From the NCBI GenBank assembly GCA_964436315.1, contig CAYTCZ010000001.1:8741-72740 (forward strand): a stretch of 64,000 bases of DNA. Direction: 5' to 3'. Position 1 is the first letter of the stretch, and each line of letters opens with the position of its first letter. The stretch is from an uncultured Gaiellales bacterium (GTDB taxonomy: Bacteria > Actinomycetota > Thermoleophilia > Gaiellales > Gaiellaceae). Positions 1 to 9,130 of this stretch are shown here, in pieces. Position numbers and translations under genes: made by a program. The notes under the pieces are model-generated. The model saw only the letters and a program-made list of their open reading frames with translations. It made no database searches and had not been told where the DNA came from.

Positions 1-1191
1 ACCTTCCCGGGATTTCCGACGCTAGACGACGCTCTCGCCGCGGGTTCTACGACCGTGCACTCGACCGTCGAATCGCGTGAAGCGCAGATGCGCGAGGCCG
101 TAACGGCCGCGAAGCGCGACTCCGTGACGTGGCGCTCGGTGGGGCAGCTCGTCAAGAAGTCGGGCCGGGCCCGGAAGTACGAGGACGGCGTCGGTCCCGA
201 GGGGGGCCAGGTGGTGCACCTCACGATGGCCCACTTGAACCTGCACGAGGAAGCCGAAGCGCTGAAGCCGCAGCTCCCGGCGCTCGTCGACTCTTTCGCA
301 GCGCAGGAAGGCGTCGACGACGCGACGCGTGAGAAGTGCCTGGCGATCGTCACCAACATGCTGGAGCACCCCGTGTTGGAACGCGTGCGGCGTGCCCCCG
401 AGTACTGGGTCGAGACGCCGTTCAGCTATCCGGCGAAAGGAATGATCGTCTCGGGGATCATCGACCTCTGCTTCCCGACCGACGATACCCGTCGGACGTG
501 GGTCGTGGTCGACTGGAAGTCGAACCTTCCTCCACAAGGTACTCCCGAGCGCGCATCCTACGAGAAGCAGCTGGCCTACTACGCGAAGGCGCTGATCGCC
601 GCGGTCACGCCATGCGAGAGCGTCGAGACCGTGCTGGTCGGCCCCCATCCGGAGCTGCTGACGCAGACTTCCCTCGAGGACGCGCTGGAGATGGTCGATC
701 CGGACCTCTCCGACGTCCTCGCGCGACTCGTTGCTGATGGAGCGGCGGTCCCCGACGTCGGGATCGATATCGGCGAGCCGGTGGTCGGGGTGCTGGAGCT
801 CGCGTGGCCCGAGCTCGGCTTCGGTGTGTCGCTCGACGCGACCGCCGAAATGATCGCGGGGATGGAGCAGGAGGGCTGGACGGTGTTCGACGCCCGCACC
901 AACCATCCGACCTGGACGGAGCGGGTCTACGACGCCGTGACCGAGCAATTCGGTCTACGGGTTTCGAACGACGACGAGGAACCGTCGCTTGAGGAACACC
1001 TCTCCGAAGTCAGCGAAGCGACGGATGTCGTCGTGCCGGTCGAGGCGAGCGAGCTCCGGGACATCCCCGGCGTCGTCGGCGTTCGCGCCGAGAAGAGGAT
1101 CGCGTACACCCGCGGCATGTCGCGAGCCGACCGCCTCGACCTCGTCGCCAGAGGATGGATGGTGGTCGACGCGCCCGCGGAGGACTCGTGA
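1..1191 (+). CDS. C-terminal part of a helicase-nuclease (UvrD/AddA-type PD-(D/E)XK nuclease domain plus ~170-aa extension); 5' end lies outside the window
   Basis: Frame 1 has no stop from nt 1 to 1191, so the gene enters from upstream. The tail carries the nuclease signature of AddA/UvrD-nuclease fusions: GIIDLCFP ... TWVVVDWKS ... YEKQLAYYAKAL. Stop TGA 1189-1191 overlaps GTG 1188 of the next gene. Confidence 0.6.
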   Translation, partial: TFPGFPTLDDALAAGSTTVHSTVESREAQMREAVTAAKRDSVTWRSVGQLVKKSGRARKYEDGVGPEGGQVVHLTMAHLNLHEEAEALKPQLPALVDSFAAQEGVDDATREKCLAIVTNMLEHPVLERVRRAPEYWVETPFSYPAKGMIVSGIIDLCFPTDDTRRTWVVVDWKSNLPPQGTPERASYEKQLAYYAKALIAAVTPCESVETVLVGPHPELLTQTSLEDALEMVDPDLSDVLARLVADGAAVPDVGIDIGEPVVGVLELAWPELGFGVSLDATAEMIAGMEQEGWTVFDARTNHPTWTERVYDAVTEQFGLRVSNDDEEPSLEEHLSEVSEATDVVVPVEASELRDIPGVVGVRAEKRIAYTRGMSRADRLDLVARGWMVVDAPAEDS

Positions 1192-4100
1192 CCGAAACCG
1201 CCGGCAGGTTCGCTTCGTGGTCAGACGTCCGTGAGACCTACGAGAATCACATCACGCACTACGCAGACCACGGAGGAGGCGAAGCAGCAATGCTCGGGCT
1301 GAACGCCGAGGGTGCCGTGCGCCTTCAATACGCGGGGCGGGTCGTGTACGAGCTCTTTCAGAACGCGCTGGACCGTGCCGACCGGCGAATCGTGGTTCGC
1401 TATTCCGAACGCACCCTGCTCGTCGGCAACGACGGTGCGGGCTTCACAGTGGATTCCGGCTACGACTACTCCTCGCCTACCGAGGGGGAGGGTCGCTCCG
1501 ACTTTCACGCCCTCTGCGCGCTTCACACCTCCAACAAGGCGGCCGACCGGCAGTTTGGAAACAAGGGGATCGGCTTTCGCTCGGTCTTTGGGGTGTCGGA
1601 CACGGTGACGATTTGGAGCCGCTGCGCTGACGCAGGCTGGTGGGGGCTCGAACTCCGCTGGCGTCTGGTACCTTCCGAGTGGCGGGGCACCTGCCTCTCG
1701 GCGCTGGATGCACGTGTTCGCGACATGGGGCGCCAACCTCGACCGAGCTTCCACTTTCCCCGCCTCCTTCGCTCGGAAGAAGCGCCGCACCCAGCCGCCA
1801 AAGCTCTCAGCACTTGTGTCCTTTTGGACGTCGATAACAGCGACCACCGGAAGCAGGTTCTGGGCGAGGTGGAACGTCTGCGGACCACCCGGTTCCAGTT
1901 TGTCGGGCTTCGACGACCAGGCCTGGAACTCGACATCGGAGGTGACCTGATCGACTCGACCTCAGGGTGGAATCTCGTCACGAAAAGCCGACACCACGAC
2001 GGATTTCCCGAACTATCGAAACTCGCCTCCGCGGCGGGGCATGCCGTCACTGCGCCGACACTCGCCGTCGCCTGGAGGAGTGAGACCTCGCCGGCGGAAC
2101 GAACCAACGGCCTCTTCTGCAACTATCTCCCCTCTCGCATGAGCACCGGTCTGCCGATTGACGTCCACGGCGACTTCCAGATGAAGGCCGACCGTGAAGG
2201 AATGGCGCTCGAGAAAGACAACGATGTCGGTCGCTATAACGAGGCGCTCCTGCGTAGAGCGGCCGAGGCCCACGTCAGCGCACTGCGAGCAGAGGCCCGC
2301 AACGCCGACCCACGCCCCGACTTCTGGCAACTGGCGGGACGCCCCCGGGATGCTTCGGCCGCGTGGATTGCAGCGCTGCGCGAGGAGCTGTTTCCTGACC
2401 GCTCCCTCGAAAAGTGGACCACGATCGCCGAGGACTACTTCGACGAAAGCGTGAGCACGGACCAGTGCCAGCAGTTCTGGAACGCGAGCCGCGATTGGCT
2501 TCCAGAAGTATGCCGCTACAGCTCGAGGTCACAGGCATGGGCCGACCTGCACCGGAACTTCTGCGATCTCCTCGCCGAGGCGGCCACTCCGGTCATTCCT
2601 GTCGAATCGAGCGAGGGGACTCGAGCCGTGCCCCTTCCTTCGCGCCAGAAAGCAGGGGACGCGGCGGACCGACGAGTCTTTTTCTGGAGAGAACGCGAGG
2701 ACGAGTCCTTTCCCGTGATCCCGCGCGTCCTGCTGGAAAACGGCCGTGTCGTCACCTCGTTCGATCTCGAGTCCTTCACGAAGCCAGCAGGGGTCCGACC
2801 GTTCGCCGAGTCCGACGTCCTGACCGACCTTCGGCAGGTTCCTATTGATGCGTCTAAACTCTCCATAGACGCTCCCCTCCGTGATGAAAAGCAAGCAAGC
2901 CTCCTCCGCTTCGCCTTCGAGCTCACCAGAAAGCGCCGCTCCAATCCGCCGCACTTCGCGTGGCGCGCATTCGCGGATTCGTCCGACAGCGAAAAAATCG
3001 GACGAGCCCTCGCGACGCTCTTCCTCCCGACGACCGACGGTCGTTGGGAGCCGGCTCGGCAGATGAATCGAGACCGGGTCGACGCTCAGCAACTGGCTGA
3101 GATGGTGGGCGACGCGAGTGATCTGCACGCGTTCTTGGATGTCCTCGGCGTCGCACCTGCCGGAGCAATCCCACTGGTAGAAGCTGGCGAAGATGGTCTC
3201 ATCACGCCGCAACCACGCGCGCCCCGACCGCAGGCCCCGGGGAACATCGCGATCCCTCCCCTCCTCCCGGTGTTCACCGACTCGTCGCCGTCCTCGGTCT
3301 CGCAGTCTGTGAAAGGACTCCCGGAAGACTCCAATCGTTCACGCGTCAGAGAGGCGGTTCGCACTTCGGCATGGCTGGACTCCGCTCTTTTTCGCCCCTA
3401 CGAAGGCGTGCCCGCTCTGCCTCCGAAGATCTCTCCGCAGGACGTGGTTCTGACGCAGAACGACCGCGTGCAGGTCTTTTACGGGGTGCTCATAGATAGC
3501 GCCCATCGCGGGATCCTGCGAGACCTCGGGGCGCTGGAGCGTGCCGATGACGAAGCAGTGGAAGGTCGTGTCGCGGACGTCTTGTACGCGCTGCGAAGTC
3601 GCGTCCCCGACCCTTCGGCCCTGCCACCGTCGGTCGCACTCGCGCTGGAAGAACTCTTCAACAGGTTGATGACCCGGGTCACCGACGAGGATCGTGGCGT
3701 GCCGGCACTCGTTCGACGCGAAGGGACGCTCGCGTGGCTGAGCGAGAACGAAGATGCGTGGATTGCCGAACGCGCAGACCGTCAGGAACTCCGCCGCTTC
3801 TTTCCCAGCCTTCCGCTGGTGACCGCCGAGCACCGTAGTGCGCTTCCCCAGGCCCTGGGCGTGAAGAAGGTCGGGTTGGAACGACAGGTATTCCCGAGCA
3901 TCGCCGGTATCGAACCCACCGATCTAGCCCGAAGCATCGTCGATCGCATCAACCCGCACATCGCCCTGCTTGCCGCAGTTGCAGACCAGAGCCAACGGGC
4001 TCGCTACAAGCTGTCGCCTGAGCACGTTCTTCGGGCGTGGCGGATGAATGAGCCGATCCTTCAGGTTGCCGACGCCTGGGTTGAGCTTCGAGCTACCGGC

Positions 4101-5531
4101 CCCGACCTCCAACCGATCGCCTGGCGAAAGAACGAGTTCGAGGACGTCTTCTTTCTGTCGGACGGTATCGAGCCGGACACGGGAGTCGTGATCTTCGACG
4201 TCCCTCCCGATTGCGAGGAGCCCGCGACGCATCGCCTGCCGCTACGGCTATTCGGCGAGGCGCTCGCCAGGCTGCTCACCAACAATGCCGCCCTGCGCCA
4301 CGACTTCGCCGACGTCCTCGCGGCGATCGACGAAGATCGCGTCTCGAGTTTCATCGAACGTCATCATCTCGGTGACCTCGTACAAGAGTGGCAGCAACAA
4401 TTGCGTCCGCTCTCCGACGAGCAGGTCGAAGAGATCGTCGCGGCACTTCGGCAGATCTGCACCGAACCCGACCGGGTCCTCCGCGCCGGGAGAATCCGCA
4501 CCCGTGATATCTCGAAAGAGGTCCCCCACCGCACGGCGGAGGAAATCGAGCAGTTTCTCTCCGCCGCCGTGGCGCCGGAAGCGCGGGGATTTCTTCCGAC
4601 CGTTCACGTTCGACTCGACAATCTCCGGACCTGGAGCGAGTGGTTCGCTCGCAGGCTGACCGCCCTGGCGGCGGTCGCGAAGAGTGCGGACTCCTTCCCC
4701 CAAGATTGGAAGGACGCCATCGAGGACTACGCGCTGGGCGAGTCGTCGAACATCGACTTCGACCCCTGCCGCGTGGCCACGCAGTTCCTGGCGCGACACG
4801 ACTGCATGGTGGATGATCTCGAAGCATGGCTGGACCGAATCAGCCCGCGCTTCGCTTCGCCGACGTCGCCACCGGTTTCCCCTTCTCAGCTGGGGTGGTT
4901 CGCGGGGCAGGGACGCGAGGGGGCCGGAGGATTGGCGCCGCATCGGAAAATATCGACTGAAGATCTTCTCGAGGAAGCCATTGCTCGCGGAGCCGTCGGC
5001 GACGCAGGAGAACTGGCACTTCTGGAGTGGGCCGTCGCCGACATTGAGCGATTCCGGGAGCACCCTGAGTTCACAGAGGCCCTCTTGGCGGCCTTTCAAG
5101 CCGGTACCGGGACGTGGCGCAAGGTTCGCGCTGCGCTGACGAACGGTAATCTGCCCGCCGCGCTCCACATCGCAGCCCTCTGGTCGGGAGCTGGTTTCGA
5201 CGTCCTCGGGCTGGAGGAGACGCCCGACGGTCTGATTCCGGTCCGCTACGAGTGCAAGGCGATCTCGGCGAGCGGCTCCAGCTTCCGTGTTCATTTGTCC
5301 CGCAACGAATTGGCGGTGGCTAGGGATGTCCGTCGCAACGGCCCCGGGCGCTGGGTGTTGGTCGGGATCCAGCCCGATGGGCAGTGCGTCGACCTGACCG
5401 ACTTCCTCGAAGACCTGATCGACGGCGAGCGGACGCCCCTCCAGCCTCTACATGACCGTGGACTCGAACCCGACGGGCTGCGTCTGGTGGTCCACCGCAG
5501 CCCGGATGGCGAAGATGATCGAGTGGAATGA
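1188..5531 (+). CDS. Giant GHKL (sacsin/HSP90-like HATPase) protein with C-terminal DUF3883-like restriction-endonuclease-fold domain (~1,447 aa)
   Basis: N-box YELFQNALDRA, G1 GNDGAGF and G2 FGNKGIGFRSVFG near the N-terminus. C-terminus reads GDAGELALLEW ... GFDVLG ... RYECKAIS ... HLSRNELAVA, which resembles DUF3883. Start placed at GTG 1188 (GTGA overlap with the upstream stop); ATG 1155 is the alternative. Confidence 0.75.
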   Translation: MTETAGRFASWSDVRETYENHITHYADHGGGEAAMLGLNAEGAVRLQYAGRVVYELFQNALDRADRRIVVRYSERTLLVGNDGAGFTVDSGYDYSSPTEGEGRSDFHALCALHTSNKAADRQFGNKGIGFRSVFGVSDTVTIWSRCADAGWWGLELRWRLVPSEWRGTCLSALDARVRDMGRQPRPSFHFPRLLRSEEAPHPAAKALSTCVLLDVDNSDHRKQVLGEVERLRTTRFQFVGLRRPGLELDIGGDLIDSTSGWNLVTKSRHHDGFPELSKLASAAGHAVTAPTLAVAWRSETSPAERTNGLFCNYLPSRMSTGLPIDVHGDFQMKADREGMALEKDNDVGRYNEALLRRAAEAHVSALRAEARNADPRPDFWQLAGRPRDASAAWIAALREELFPDRSLEKWTTIAEDYFDESVSTDQCQQFWNASRDWLPEVCRYSSRSQAWADLHRNFCDLLAEAATPVIPVESSEGTRAVPLPSRQKAGDAADRRVFFWREREDESFPVIPRVLLENGRVVTSFDLESFTKPAGVRPFAESDVLTDLRQVPIDASKLSIDAPLRDEKQASLLRFAFELTRKRRSNPPHFAWRAFADSSDSEKIGRALATLFLPTTDGRWEPARQMNRDRVDAQQLAEMVGDASDLHAFLDVLGVAPAGAIPLVEAGEDGLITPQPRAPRPQAPGNIAIPPLLPVFTDSSPSSVSQSVKGLPEDSNRSRVREAVRTSAWLDSALFRPYEGVPALPPKISPQDVVLTQNDRVQVFYGVLIDSAHRGILRDLGALERADDEAVEGRVADVLYALRSRVPDPSALPPSVALALEELFNRLMTRVTDEDRGVPALVRREGTLAWLSENEDAWIAERADRQELRRFFPSLPLVTAEHRSALPQALGVKKVGLERQVFPSIAGIEPTDLARSIVDRINPHIALLAAVADQSQRARYKLSPEHVLRAWRMNEPILQVADAWVELRATGPDLQPIAWRKNEFEDVFFLSDGIEPDTGVVIFDVPPDCEEPATHRLPLRLFGEALARLLTNNAALRHDFADVLAAIDEDRVSSFIERHHLGDLVQEWQQQLRPLSDEQVEEIVAALRQICTEPDRVLRAGRIRTRDISKEVPHRTAEEIEQFLSAAVAPEARGFLPTVHVRLDNLRTWSEWFARRLTALAAVAKSADSFPQDWKDAIEDYALGESSNIDFDPCRVATQFLARHDCMVDDLEAWLDRISPRFASPTSPPVSPSQLGWFAGQGREGAGGLAPHRKISTEDLLEEAIARGAVGDAGELALLEWAVADIERFREHPEFTEALLAAFQAGTGTWRKVRAALTNGNLPAALHIAALWSGAGFDVLGLEETPDGLIPVRYECKAISASGSSFRVHLSRNELAVARDVRRNGPGRWVLVGIQPDGQCVDLTDFLEDLIDGERTPLQPLHDRGLEPDGLRLVVHRSPDGEDDRVE

Positions 5532-6411
5532 CCCGTCGCTTGCAGTGGCCAGCGACGATGCGCGACGACGTCGGTTTCGAGCGCTCCAATCCTGGTACCG
5601 ACAGCATCACCTTCAGCTACCTCCGGGTGAGGACAAGCGCGGGATTGTCCGTGGGAGTATGCTTCCGCACGATGCACCGCGCTCGGCGAACTTCCTGAGC
5701 CCGGCAATCCACGAATACGTGGAGGCACGCGTGCCCGTCGTAGTCGGCGAGGGAGGCACGCTCGAGCAAGATCGACTCTTCCGGAACATGCTCTCGTCGA
5801 TGCCGCTCTGCTTCAATCTCTTCGGAGCTTTCCGAGTCTTCCCGATCTCGGCCGCGCGGGTGCTGGCCGCGGCGACGGGGTTGGACGTCGCATCCCTCAC
5901 GCGCGTCGACGTGGAATGGACGCCGCCCGGGGACCACCCCCTCGGCGATCGTACGGCGTTCGACGCGTACGTGGAGTACAGGAACTCGCGCAACGACCGC
6001 TGCTTCTTCGGGGTCGAGACCAAGTATACGGAACCGTTCTCACAGCGTGAGTACCGCACCGAGCGGTACGACGAAGTCACCGCCTCGCCCTCCTCCGGGT
6101 TTGTCACCGGTGCTGCCGACAACCTCGTCGCGAAGCACTCCAACCAACTCTGGCGCAACGCGATGCTCGCGGTCGCCGTGCGGGAACGAGGCGGGTTCGC
6201 CGAAGGCCGGGTGCTCGTCATGGCACTGGACGGCGACGAGAGTGCCCGGAAGGCGACCGACGCGCTGCGAGCCAACCATCGTGCCCCCGATGCGTTGCTG
6301 GCTGCCGTGAGCCTCGAGTCACTCGTGGCGGAGGCCGCGACAACTGAGACGCTGGCCGAATGGTCGGAAGCCTTCGAGACCCGCTATTTGAAACTTCCAC
6401 AGCCAGCGTGA
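5506..6411 (+). CDS. PD-(D/E)XK nuclease-like protein (~301 aa)
   Basis: Motifs NMLSSMPLCFNLFG, then FDAYVEY ... CFFGVETKYTE (a D ... E-x-K arrangement). ATG 5506 or 5515 overlaps the upstream stop at 5531; the exact start is uncertain. Confidence 0.5.
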   Translation: MAKMIEWNDPSLAVASDDARRRRFRALQSWYRQHHLQLPPGEDKRGIVRGSMLPHDAPRSANFLSPAIHEYVEARVPVVVGEGGTLEQDRLFRNMLSSMPLCFNLFGAFRVFPISAARVLAAATGLDVASLTRVDVEWTPPGDHPLGDRTAFDAYVEYRNSRNDRCFFGVETKYTEPFSQREYRTERYDEVTASPSSGFVTGAADNLVAKHSNQLWRNAMLAVAVRERGGFAEGRVLVMALDGDESARKATDALRANHRAPDALLAAVSLESLVAEAATTETLAEWSEAFETRYLKLPQPA

Positions 6412-6459
6412 GAGCTCTGACATTCCACGCAACTGAACGATCCACCGAGGGGAAATCGA

Positions 6460-8658
6460 ATGTCCGTCTACAACCGAATCCTGGACTGGTCCAAAGACCG
6501 CCCGTGCTGGCAACGCGATGCGTTGCGCCGCCTGATGTACAAGGAGAGCCTCGACGCGTCCGACATCTCGACGCTCGCCGACATCTGCGAGTGTGAGTTC
6601 GACGTGCGGCACGACGACCCGCAGTTCGAGCCATTGACCAGCGCCGACCTGCCTGTCGCCCGAGAGGGGCACGGCACGGTGACTCTGCGCGGCCTCGAGC
6701 AGATTAGAAACATCGATCTGCTGGCGGACGGAATCGAGTTTGCCCCGACAGGGCTCACCGTGATTCACGGACCGAATGGATGCGGCAAGTCGGGGTATAG
6801 CCGCATCCTCAGAACGCTGTGCCGTGCCCGCGGGAGCGAACCGGAGCTGCAACCGAGCGTCCTCGACCACGGTGCGGGCGACCCCGGCGTCACCGTCCGC
6901 TACGAAGTGGCAGGGGCGGACTACCGTTTCGCGTGGGACGAGTCGGCCGAGCCTCCCGACGCACTGCGACAGGTCAGCGTATTCGACGCAAACGCGGCAG
7001 AGGTGTACGTCGGCGGCAAGTCGCCCGCCGCGTATCGACCCGCGGGGCTCGATGTTCTCACGCGGCTCGGGGCGGTCTGCGACGATGTTCGACGCGAGCT
7101 CGAGCGCCGGAGCAAGGCGGTGACGGAGCAGACCGCGGCGCTCCCGAAGGTCCCCGAGGGAACGAAGGCCGAAGCCTTCCTCGACGACCTGTCGGCGAAG
7201 ACGAAGCTGGTCGACATCGAAGCGGCGTGCACGGTGAGCGAGGATCTCGATGCCCGAATCGGCGAGGTGACGGCAAGGCTCGCCGCGCTCGAGCCGAAGG
7301 AGTCGAGCGCGAAGGCGGCGGCGCTCAGAGAGAAGTCGCAGCGCCTCACCACGCTCGCGAAGCAGCTCCGCGCGCTGCAAGAGGTTCTGTCTGATGCGGC
7401 TATGAACGAGCTTCGAGAGGCAAAGTCGGCGGCGGTCGATTTCGGAGAAGCCGCGCGAGCGGCCGCGACCTCACGGTTCTCGGACCACCCTGTGCAGCCG
7501 GTGGGCACTCGCTTGTGGTCGGCGATGATCGAGAGCGCGATGGCTTACTTCGAAGAGGCGTCCACCGGAACGTTTCCGGGCGACGACCGGTGCATGCTGT
7601 GCCAGACGCCCCTGACGACGGAGTCGAAGGGACGGCTGGAAGACTTCCGTCGATTTCTCGAAATGCAGGCGAAAGGTCGAGCCGAAGATGCCGACCGTCA
7701 GCTCACCACGCTCACGACGCGGCTCGATGAACTCGACTTTTCGGCGCAGTTCTTCTCGCTGATGACCGACGAACTCGCGTCGACACGGCCCGAGCTCAGC
7801 CAGGCCATGAAGGAGTATCTCGACCGCGCATCGTCCCGACGCGATGCGTTGCTCGGGGCCGTCGAGAGCGACGACTGGAGCGTCGACTCGATTCCCCCCG
7901 CCCCCGTCGACGCTCTGACCGAGTTCGCTGACGAGATCGCTGCGGAGTCGGCGACTCTGTCAGTTCCCCCCGACCCCGAGGTGAAGCGGCGTCTCCAGGC
8001 CGAGCTCGCCGAGCTGAAAGGAACGGAGGCGCTTGCCAACTCGGTGGACGCGATCAAGGCACACCACAAGGCGCTGGTGAAACAGAAGCGATACGACAAG
8101 TGCATCCGTTCGGCAAAGACTACGACGGTGTCTCGCGAGAGCGGCAAGATGCTGACCGAAGCGGTCACCGACCGCCTCACCGCCGCGTTCGAAGAAGAGT
8201 GCCGTCGTTTGAGCCCGACCCCCTACCCGGTGACACTGGGCAAAGGCGGGACGCGCAAGGGCGAGGTCCTTCACAACGTCACCATCGACGAAGCTCCACC
8301 CAAGACATCTCCTTCGGAAATTGCCAGCAGCGGCGAATCACGGCTACTCGCCATCGCCGGCTTCTTCGCCGAGCTCGCCACCGCCGAGGCGCCGTCGGCC
8401 GTCATCTTCGACGACCCCTCCACCAACCTCGACGCTCCCAACGTCGACCGCCTCGCCCGCCGGCTCGCCGAGGAAGCCGCGCTCCGGCAGGTCATCGTCT
8501 TCACGCACGACGATCGGTTCGTCGAAGGCCTCCGCGACCGCTGCGAGGCGAACGGCGCGGCCCAGTCGTTCAAAGAACTTCGACGCGACGGTGCTCGGAC
8601 CGGGGTCTCGTCGGCCACTCCTGTAGCCGGAACTGATACCCAGGTCACTGTCTCGTAG
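6460..8658 (+). CDS. AAA_13/SMC-like ABC ATPase with coiled-coil insert carrying a CxxC motif (732 aa)
   Basis: Walker A GPNGCGKSGYS, Walker B and D-loop region AVIFDDPSTNLD, long Ala/Glu/Leu-rich insert containing DDRCMLCQTPL. A GAGGGGA Shine-Dalgarno sequence precedes ATG 6460. Confidence 0.75.
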   Translation: MSVYNRILDWSKDRPCWQRDALRRLMYKESLDASDISTLADICECEFDVRHDDPQFEPLTSADLPVAREGHGTVTLRGLEQIRNIDLLADGIEFAPTGLTVIHGPNGCGKSGYSRILRTLCRARGSEPELQPSVLDHGAGDPGVTVRYEVAGADYRFAWDESAEPPDALRQVSVFDANAAEVYVGGKSPAAYRPAGLDVLTRLGAVCDDVRRELERRSKAVTEQTAALPKVPEGTKAEAFLDDLSAKTKLVDIEAACTVSEDLDARIGEVTARLAALEPKESSAKAAALREKSQRLTTLAKQLRALQEVLSDAAMNELREAKSAAVDFGEAARAAATSRFSDHPVQPVGTRLWSAMIESAMAYFEEASTGTFPGDDRCMLCQTPLTTESKGRLEDFRRFLEMQAKGRAEDADRQLTTLTTRLDELDFSAQFFSLMTDELASTRPELSQAMKEYLDRASSRRDALLGAVESDDWSVDSIPPAPVDALTEFADEIAAESATLSVPPDPEVKRRLQAELAELKGTEALANSVDAIKAHHKALVKQKRYDKCIRSAKTTTVSRESGKMLTEAVTDRLTAAFEEECRRLSPTPYPVTLGKGGTRKGEVLHNVTIDEAPPKTSPSEIASSGESRLLAIAGFFAELATAEAPSAVIFDDPSTNLDAPNVDRLARRLAEEAALRQVIVFTHDDRFVEGLRDRCEANGAAQSFKELRRDGARTGVSSATPVAGTDTQVTVS

Positions 8659-8773
8659 GTCGACCTTCGCCGAGGCTGCGAAAGGGGAAAAACGTCGCCC
8701 GGCCTTCGAGAGCGGCCGAGCGACGGATACAAGACGAGCCGACGACTAGCGCGTCGCTCGCCCGACAAGCTAC

Positions 8774-9130
8774 TCAGCAGTCACCATTTTCATCCTCGCT
8801 CGCCATTTGGTCGGACAACGCGTCACCGAGGGTGAAACCCCGACGCTCGATCCGACCGCGAGTTGAAGAAGGGGAAGGTTCGTCCCGGCGAAAGACGGTA
8901 ATCACCACATCGCGGCAGCCATCGAGTACGACCACTACATTCTGCAGACGTTCGGGGACGTGGCGCGGCAGGTCCGCAAGCTCTACCCGTCGGTCTTTGC
9001 TCCGCCAGGTGTGGACGCCGTATTCCACGATCAGGTAGACATCCGCGTGGCTAAACCCCCGCTGCTGCATGCGTTCGAGGGCGTGGTCCGTGAACTCGAG
9101 GACCAGGCAGGGTACGAATTCACTCCCCAT
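8774..9130 (-). CDS. DUF4258-like small protein (~118 aa)
   Basis: FTDHALERMQQRGFSHADV ... VVVVLDGCRDVVITVFRR fits the DUF4258 pattern. Internal ATG (codon 59 of the track ORF) is preceded by GGAGGGG and overlaps the pVip stop by 11 nt. The upstream ORF extension is Arg-rich shadow sequence. Confidence 0.55.
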   Translation of the reverse strand: MGSEFVPCLVLEFTDHALERMQQRGFSHADVYLIVEYGVHTWRSKDRRVELADLPRHVPERLQNVVVVLDGCRDVVITVFRRDEPSPSSTRGRIERRGFTLGDALSDQMASEDENGDC

